Origin: Octopus bimaculoides
Lineage: Eukaryota
Reading direction: 5' to 3'
DNA: 44,262 nt
Assembly: GCF_001194135.2 (NCBI RefSeq)
Contig: NC_068982.1
Location: 107,613,713 to 107,657,974, forward strand
The notes under the pieces were generated by a model. That model had not been told where the DNA came from, made no database searches, and worked only from the letters and a program-made list of their open reading frames with translations. Below, one piece after another: positions 36,931 to 44,262 of this stretch (position 1 is the stretch's first letter; the number at the start of each line of letters is the position of its first letter). The translations under genes were made by a program, and so were the position numbers.

Positions 36931-37777
36931 GTAAGTGGTTTTTCTCTCTCTCTCTCAACACACACACACACACACATTCACGCACATATATGTAAAATGT
37001 ACTCTGCATTTAGTTGAGTTTATTGGTTTATTTGGAGCTGCTGCTTCCTTTGGTACTCTGAATTCCTGTTTTTACAGAGAAAATGCGCAAAATATTCAAA
37101 AGCAAATGACAACCAAAATCCTTAAAAATGAAATTACTTACCAGTTTCAAATTACCTTCTAAAAATATGACACAAACTGGGGCCACCCTAACTGCAGAAC
37201 CTGCATCAACTTTATAGAAAGCATATCTTATAAATTTAAATCAGGACATATCTTCACTGTAAAAAAAAAAAATCACTTCACCCATTTGGAAAAAAATTTA
37301 ATTTATGCCAGTAAATGTAATGGTTGTTATGAAGATTGCATAGAACAAACAGAACTTACCTTGAGAAACAAACCCACAATTCAGAAGCAACAATACAAGA
37401 TCCAGATATGAAGCAGATTCCTCTAATTGAAAAATTTTCTTGTGTGCAACAAATAAATTGCCAGAATTTCTAGTCTTCCTATTTAATCTTTGTTATGTGA
37501 AAACTACAGATCAAAGACAAAAAAAAAGAAAGAAAATATGCTTATTAAAAGATCTAAACCACAACTGAATAAGAGTTTTTTCCTGATGAAATGTAACAAT
37601 TCAGAAATATGCTCTATAGTTTGATGACATTATTCATAGACCAGCATGTTGTGTTTTCACACACAATGTTTGTAAGGAGAATCTCTTATCCTAAACAGTT
37701 TCTGCAGTGATGGCTGTTCCACATTTGAGTGTACACAATGTGTTCAATATCTGTACACAGCTTTATATGTCTGTATA

Positions 37778-38164
37778 TAGGCGTAGGAGTGGCTGTGTGC
37801 TTACCAACCACATGGTTCCGGGTTCAGTCCCACTGCGTGACACCTTGGGCAAGTGTCTTCTACTATAGCCTCGGGCTGACCAAAGCCTTGTGAGTGGATT
37901 TGGTAGATGGAAACTGAAAGAAGCCCGTCATATATATACATGTATGTATGTGTATATGTTTGTTGTCTGTGTTTGTCCCCCCAACATCGCTTGAGAACTG
38001 ATGCTGGTGTGTTTACATCCCCGTAACTTAGTGGTTTGGCAAAAGATACCGATAGAATAAGTACTAGGCTTACAAAGAATAAGTCCTGGGGTCGATTTGC
38101 TCGACTAAAGGCGGTGCTCCGGCATTGCCGCAGTTAAATGACTGAAACAAGTAAAAGAGCAAAA
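37778..38164 (+). mobile_element. Young full-length SINE family A
   Basis: CpG-retaining copy: ggttccgggttcagtcccactgcgtg..agcctcgggctgacc..ggggtcgatttgctcgactaaaggcggtgctcc..gaaacaagtaaaagag. Confidence 0.92.
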
Positions 38165-38310
38165 TAGTGTTGTTTAGATGCTCACTTCACAATCACATGG
38201 TTTCAGATTCAGTCCCTCTGTGTGGCACCCTGGGTAAGTTTCTTGTAATGTCATCCCAGGACAAACTAATGCTTTGTGTGTGAATTTGGTGGACAGAAAC
38301 TGTATGGAAG

Positions 38311-38390
<80 letters not shown>

Positions 38391-38570
38391 TTCATTCACG
38401 TATGTGTGTATTTGTCTATCTTTCCATCTATGTACAAATGCGAGTGAATGTTTATCACCATTTAAGCAAAGTGATGCTGAAGCTGACATTCTTTGCTGAC
38501 GTAATAGTCTGTGGAATTGGAAAACCCCTTACCTAAAAACAGGTGGTGGTTGATGACAAAACGGGTATTT
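38165..38570 (+). mobile_element. Older SINE copy directly downstream, with long (TA)n(CA)n at about 38315-38390
   Basis: caatcacatggtttcagattcagtccctctgtgtggcaccctgggtaag head remnant followed by a microsatellite. Confidence 0.7.
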
Positions 38571-38864
38571 GATCTCAAAATTGTTCCACAGAATCAATTG
38601 CCATCAAAACTTTGCAACTGTATAAAATCAGGCATTAAATGAACAACTGTATCAATGAAAAAAATAATATACATATAGATAGATATATAGATATATTTTT
38701 ATGTACCCCATCTAGGCTGTGCATGCATGCATACATTTTACAGCCAGCACAAAAGAAAATAATTTGTAAACAAAATGTTAGTTACCTTGAAATAATGCAA
38801 TAATTTATGAATATATTTATTATAGATTCACCTCAGGTTAAATAGTCTTATGAGGTTTATGAGG

Positions 38865-39120
38865 TGCATGGTGACCTCACTGATGCTGGTGGCACAAGAA
38901 AGGCACCCAGTACAACACACACACACACATGCATGCACACACACACAAATACACACATAAATGTAAAATTACTTGGTGCATTTAGTAAAGTGGCTGGCAT
39001 TAGGAAGGGCATTCAGCTGTAGAAACTTGCCAAAGCTGACACTGGAACACAGTGCAGTTCTTGGATGCACTGGATCCTTTGAAACTGTCCAGCCCATGCC
39101 AGCACAGAACATAGATGTAT
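38865..39120 (+). mobile_element. RTE-tail repeat
   Basis: aggcacccagtaca..gtggctggcattaggaagggcattcagctgtagaaac..cagcccatgccagca. Confidence 0.72.
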
Positions 39121-39192
39121 ACATGTATATATGTATTTGTGGGGAAAAAAATTCACTCATATTGATGTGGATTGTTCGTTTTATGTTTCTAG

Positions 39193-39379
39193 CTTCTGGA
39201 TGTTGTCTACAGAGAAGAAACCCTACTTAATGTGATAAAGTCTGTTACAAGAAATGGACGTTCAATCATTCTCACTACGGTTCTTGCCGTTATTCTCATC
39301 TACCTCTTTTCTATCATTGGTTACGTCTTCTTCCGAGATGACTTTATGATGGAAGTGGAGCATTTGACAGAAATTCCAA
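39193..39379 (+). CDS. ITPR: ITPR exon 14 (TM4 end, S4-S5 linker, TM5): [62 protein letters not shown]
   Basis: gtttctag acceptor, A|GTAAGA donor, 187 nt, phase 0-1. Not given in this frame in the ORF track. Confidence 0.96.
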
Positions 39380-40620
39380 GTAAGACTTAAATGAATTCCT
39401 AATCTGTTTATTTCCTGTTTTATCTTATATTTTCTTTAATTTCAATTAATTTTTTAATTCTTTTTTTTTTTCTTACATTACTAAATTTTTTCTAAAGCAA
39501 TTTCTTTTTTTCCATACTAACATGTGATAAAGTTATTCTCCTCATCAAATGACTTATTTGATATCATATTAATTTCTATGTAATCTTAGTTTTCATTTTT
39601 TTTTTTTTTTTTTTTTTTTCTAAAGATGTCATTTAAAGGAAACTATATTTTTTGAATCTTGGATAAAGATCTTCAAGAATATTTTATATATTTATACTCT
39701 AAGATAGATTTGTATTACATCTTTGGTTGAGATAAAAAAAAATACATAAATACAGGACATATGAAGCTTCAAAGAGTCAGTATTCATCTACATAAACTTG
39801 TATAATCAAAATGCATTCAAAATAATGAAGCTGTCAGACTCACATTACTGTCACACTTTTTTCTAAGTAACTTCATTGCACTTGGTTACTATATAATGTT
39901 TATCTTTTCATAGCAACTTGTTGCTATCCAGCTTCATTATAGCTACTGGTTGTCAAATGGTCTCCTCTTTGCACTGACTATTTCACTGTGATCTATTTCC
40001 AGTATCTATTGTCAACCTCTTCATATTAGTTATTATCTAATCTCATCTTTTCTGCTTTTTCTTTGTCTTCTTCAAGACAAATTGGTTGCTATTTCCATAA
40101 TGGCTGGCTGTTATCTTCAAGGCCACTGATTGATATCCAATACCTTTCTAGCAGCTGGTTTGTAATCTGACCTCTTCACAGTAACTGGTGTTGTGATTTC
40201 TTCATAACATTTATTTTCTGTCTGACTATTCACACTAATCTATTATTTTCTGATGCAATATCTTTGTACCGGTTGCTTCTGACCTTTATAAAGTAATTAG
40301 TTGCCAGTTCTTCATAGCAACTAGTTTTTGATAATCACTTCAGAATAATTAGTTGTTGGTGAACCATTCATGAGAACTAATTACTTTATGGTCTCTTGAA
40401 ACTATTGGATAGCAACAATATCTAATTTTAATTCAGTTTTCCTCCAGAAAATCTTTATAGAAATATAATCTTAATACTAAAACCTTTTCCATAATCATTT
40501 AATTTTGTTGGTATAAACAACAAATTAACATCCTTGAATTAAAAATGAGGTATTTGTTGCTGAAAATAGTTACTGTTACTACTTCAATCTTTGATATGCA
40601 CTGTTTTGTACTAATTTCAG

Positions 40621-40716
40621 ACGACACTGTTTCTAATATTACATCTGACACTTGCTCCAATAATGACAGCTGCTCTGTAAGTAAATCATGGGACCACTGG
40701 AACTGGTGGCATAAAG
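40621..40716 (+). CDS. ITPR: Probable ITPR exon 15 (luminal loop): (N)DTVSNITSDTCSNNDSCS[VSKSWDHWNWWHK]
   Basis: ctaatttcag acceptor, open in the phase-1 frame required by exon 14. Two N-glycosylation sequons (NIT, NDS) and two Cys, as expected for the IP3R luminal loop. The 3' end is uncertain (donor at 40677 or 40717). Confidence 0.68.
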
Positions 40717-41903
40717 GTGAATCATTCATCCTCTTTCACTTTATTTACAACAAAGACAAATAAAAATCATCTATTCAAATACAAATAACTACCAAATAAT
40801 TTAACATTTATATCAACATTAAAATATTTATTAAACAATTTAATGAATTTAATTCTTCATTATTTAAAGAATTCATTGATGCAAATCCATATATTTCAAC
40901 TCAGTGTAATGAAAGGTTTAAGAAGTGAACTGGATTTAGCAGCAGTCGGGAGAATTTAACAGTCATGTAGATGGCCAAATGAGAGCATTAGTGATGAAAA
41001 TCTCCCTTCTATATTCAATTTGCAATTTACAAATTGCTTATTTTCTATACTGGAGTTTTTTTTATTAGATAACTGAATTAGGATCTTGCAGAGCTAGACC
41101 TAAAGTGTTTGTTAGCTGTGAAACAGTAGTGAAATCAATGCAGTAGATAATGATAGATATTCAGTAATAAGAAAACTGGATTGGTAATAAAATTTTAACT
41201 GAATTAAAATAGTCATTGAAGAAACTCTCAATCCAGGTTATCCAATCAGATTATACATGCTTAATAGGATATTTAGTTAAACATTTATTATTGGGAACCA
41301 TTTTGTTCTGCCCAAAATGCTCAAGAGATATCAGAGGTATTTAAATCTCTATAAAAATAACTCACCACTCAATCTTGCTTTTCAGAAATCATTTATACAG
41401 AATTTAATTATTCATCATAGATAATGTTAACTGAAATTTAAGCAATCATCTGAATGTTCTTTAGAAGATTGACCATCCCATTTATTGCATGTTGTAACAT
41501 GTCTAGTATTCTCATCTTATTCTGAAATTAAAACCTCACTAATATTCTTGCATTGTTCTGTACAGTTAATTCTTACTTGTTTTGTTAATTCACTCTAAAT
41601 ATGCTAATAAACAACTATCTTTCTTCAGATTTTTTATTCAAAATTTTCCCCTATATGTAAACATGTTTTGTTCCACTATGATAGGATTTCTGAGCTAATA
41701 TCTCTATTTTTAAACTGAAACCAATATTCTTCATTGAATTCTCTCTAAAACTAATACAAGGTTAGTAAAAAGATTTTAAAATAAGTACAAAAGTCAGAAT
41801 ATCAACCAGGTAACCTTTACAGCGATCTATCATAAATTGTTGTGCATGTGAGCTCATATTTTTTTATTGATATGTAAATGCTTCATAAATTTATACTTGG
41901 AAA

Positions 41904-42792
41904 CTTGACTGAAGAATAGAAAGCCACAAATGTTCCATCCTTGTTTTCCTGTCCATCTTTGTATCGTCCTTCTGTCCGTATGTTTTTATTGTCGTCCATT
42001 ATGTTCTTGTTCCAATTTTTTGGATTTATATATACATATAGCAGCATACGTACTCCTTTTGCTCAGCTTGTAAGTATATATCTAATTCTATACAATTTTC
42101 TTCTTTCTTTCTTTCTTACTCCCCCTTTCTCACTTTCTTGGCATTCTCTTTCTTTCCATTTTTCTTTTTCTTGCTCCCCCTCTCTCACATTTCTTGGCAT
42201 TCTCTTTCTTTAACCCTCTACTTTCCTCTTATCTCCCTTGTACCTTCCCCCTCTCTCTCTCTCTCTAGTTCCTTCCCTAATTCTTCAATCCCTCTGCTCC
42301 CTACCTCTCTCTGTTCCGCCCATGTGACGGTGCTGAGCCAAACATGATCTTTCTTTCTTGGCCTGACCACTGCTCACACAACACCTTATTTTCCTGTCTC
42401 CTGACTTTCATCTATGTTTGTTGCCAAAAGGCTTCCACTTCACATGCCAGCTTAGCTTAACTTCTCCTTTTAGTTGAAAGACATCTGTTGATATTCTTGT
42501 TGTTTGTATTTCTCCATTTTCTCATTTATTTTTGTCCGTGCTGTCACACATATTCACTCGCTTTCTTCCCCAAATTTAATATCCTTAGCTTAGATTTTTG
42601 GGGTCTACCAATTTTGAACAGTCTCAAGTGTAACAGGCTGAAACTGTAATGATGATTAGAAGCTTGACTGAAGAATAGAAAGCCACAAATGTTCCATCCT
42701 TGTTTTCCTGTCCATCTTTCTATTGTCCTTCTATCCGTATGTTTTCATTGTCATCCGTTACATTTTTGTTCTGTTTTTTGGATTTATATATA
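41904..42792 (+). repeat. About 130-bp direct repeats (41904-42033 and 42663-42792) bounding a pyrimidine-rich interior of about 630 bp
   Basis: Both copies begin cttgactgaagaatagaaagccacaaatgttccatccttgttttcctgtccatcttt (identical for more than 50 nt), then diverge moderately and end ttttggatttatatata. Confidence 0.9.
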
Positions 42793-43808
42793 TATATATA
42801 TCAAAACAGATCAGAAAATTTTAGAGGTTTTATTCACCATTACATGTGTTTTATGTCATTTGCAAATAGGAGTTACGAAATTGAATATTTGTGAAAAAAC
42901 ATGCAAGATATCCCATCTTAGAAATTCTTCAGACAAAGAATCAAATAATATAAAATTTACACTTGGATGAACATTTATATATATTTTTAGTAATCAGGAG
43001 TCCTTTAGATAGGGGAGAAAAACATCTGGTAATATAGAAAAGAGAGAGAGAGGTTTATAGAATGAAGTAATAATTATACACATTTGTACTAAAACTCTTT
43101 CTGTTACATAACTTAGTTCATCAGTTTGATGCTTCTGTAATTCTTTCTTTCTAGAGCAATGAAAGCTCATCTCTGCTCTAGTTACTCTGCAGTTTCTCCA
43201 GGCCTGCTTTCGTCATGCCACCATTGATGATGGCACCTAAGCTTTGTGATGTTTTGTTTTGTTTTTCTGTTTACTTTTTGTTTTTTCTCTATTTCCTGCT
43301 ATACCAGCTCAACATCCTAATTTCATCTCGCATCTGATAAAAAAAGATGTCTTCGACACAGGACAGTTCATTACATAACATTAACAGCTTTATATTGATT
43401 TAACATTAAAGAAAAAAGATAGAAGTGAGCAGCCTGTTTGTTGCCCTAATAACTCAGGTGTTTTATCTCTCGAAGGCTTATATCATTAGATTGCAAAAAG
43501 TTTAGTTTCCCAGGGATAATATGTAGTAAACGCTGCGACATGTAGGGTATAACAAACTGAAGCATGTTAACATAAAAATAGTTGTAGTTTTTGAGTAGGA
43601 AAACATTAATTAATGTAACCAGTAAGATATGGCAGAATTTATGCAATGAATCATAAGGCGTTGGTATTTATCCCAGGAAAAATATTGTCTTTATGACATG
43701 TTACAATAGAAATGTATTATAATTGTTAGAAGAAATGTATCTGAGGCAGAATGATTTTGTGCAAATAGCAGAAATATGTGAATGCTAACCCATATATTTA
43801 TTTCATTT

Positions 43809-43833
43809 TGTGTGTGTGTGTAATATATGAATA

Positions 43834-43892
<59 letters not shown>

Positions 43893-43929
43893 ATAAAATA
43901 TATATATATATTATATACATAGATATATA
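43809..43929. repeat. Compound (GT)n/(TA)n microsatellite
   Basis: Seen directly; abuts the mariner end. Confidence 0.9.
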
Positions 43930-44262
43930 TCAGGTCATCCCATAAGTTCTATCCGAATTTTGAATAAAGAAAACAAGTGATCAAATGTTATATTTAATTG
44001 ACTTATTAATCCCATCAATGTAAAACACATTTGGATTCAAAGCGAAGAAGTCTGAAATGTCAGTTTCAACCTCCCCCTGGCTTGCGAAATTTATGTCCCC
44101 CAAATGATTCTGTAAACTACGAAACAAATGGTAGTCTGAAGGAGCAAGGTCAGGAGAATAAGGTGGATGAGAAATTTTTTCCCAACCAAGCTCTTTGATC
44201 TTCTGTGATGTGATCTTTGCAGTGTGGGGCCGTATATTGTCCTGATGAAGCATCACTCCTTT
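43930..44262 (-). mobile_element. Mariner (DD34D, Mos1-like) element 3' end, continuing beyond the window
   Basis: ORF LHQDNIRPHTAKIT..LGWE...HPPYSPDLAPSDYHLFRSLQNHL; putative TIR TA|tcaggtcatcccataagttctatccg. Confidence 0.9.

Larger units (their letters stand above)
11869..40716 (+). other. ITPR: Inositol 1,4,5-trisphosphate receptor gene, partial (3' half of coupling domain through TM5/luminal loop); gene extends beyond both ends of this span
   Basis: Fifteen exons join in frame with AG acceptors and GT (one GC) donors. The peptide contains hallmark IP3R motifs [80 protein letters not shown] and [20 protein letters not shown]. Confidence 0.97.

Noticed and set aside
35737-38536. ORFs with HTHTHT, YIYIYI or CVCVCV runs in the supplied track
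   Set aside because: Translations of (CA)n/(TA)n/(GT)n microsatellites inside SINEs.
39596-39619. 24-nt poly(T) as a retrocopy tail or terminator
   Set aside because: No adjacent processed sequence or TSD; an ordinary intronic homopolymer.
43155-43230. Strong acceptor ttctttctttctAG as the next ITPR exon
   Set aside because: All three frames hit stops quickly, and there is no CxSLxMC or GGGxGD pore motif; no good donor.

Overview
AT-rich eukaryotic genomic DNA, very probably an octopus/cephalopod (inferred from the recurring tRNA-headed SINE and RTE-tail repeat families; not verified by search). The window carries the 3' half of a + strand inositol 1,4,5-trisphosphate receptor (ITPR/IP3R) gene. 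I can join 14 exons (11869-39379; 2203 nt, 734 codons, no stops, all splice phases compatible). A probable 15th exon (40621-40716) encodes part of the luminal loop. The exons cover the PKA-site region, the RIH-associated domain with the Ca2+-sensor glutamates, and the transmembrane region up to the pore-preceding helix (TM1-TM5). The pore/TM6/C-terminal exons and all N-terminal exons lie outside the window. The introns are full of decayed mobile DNA: RTE and CR1 LINE fragments, a Gypsy gag-protease remnant, four Tc1/mariner-superfamily elements, about ten SINE/RTE-tail copies, microsatellites and two assembly gaps. Most entries in the supplied ORF track are noise or TE fragments. I found no convincing new biological system. 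The best leads are a GC-AG intron, candidate mini-exon/recursive splice signals at the position equivalent to the vertebrate SII splice region, competing donors in the luminal-loop exon, inverted repeats that could drive ADAR editing or back-splicing, an RTE LINE ending in three C2H2 fingers, and a direct-repeat-bounded module that may be Penelope/retrozyme-like. Comparisons with vertebrate ITPR1 are from memory and need an alignment.
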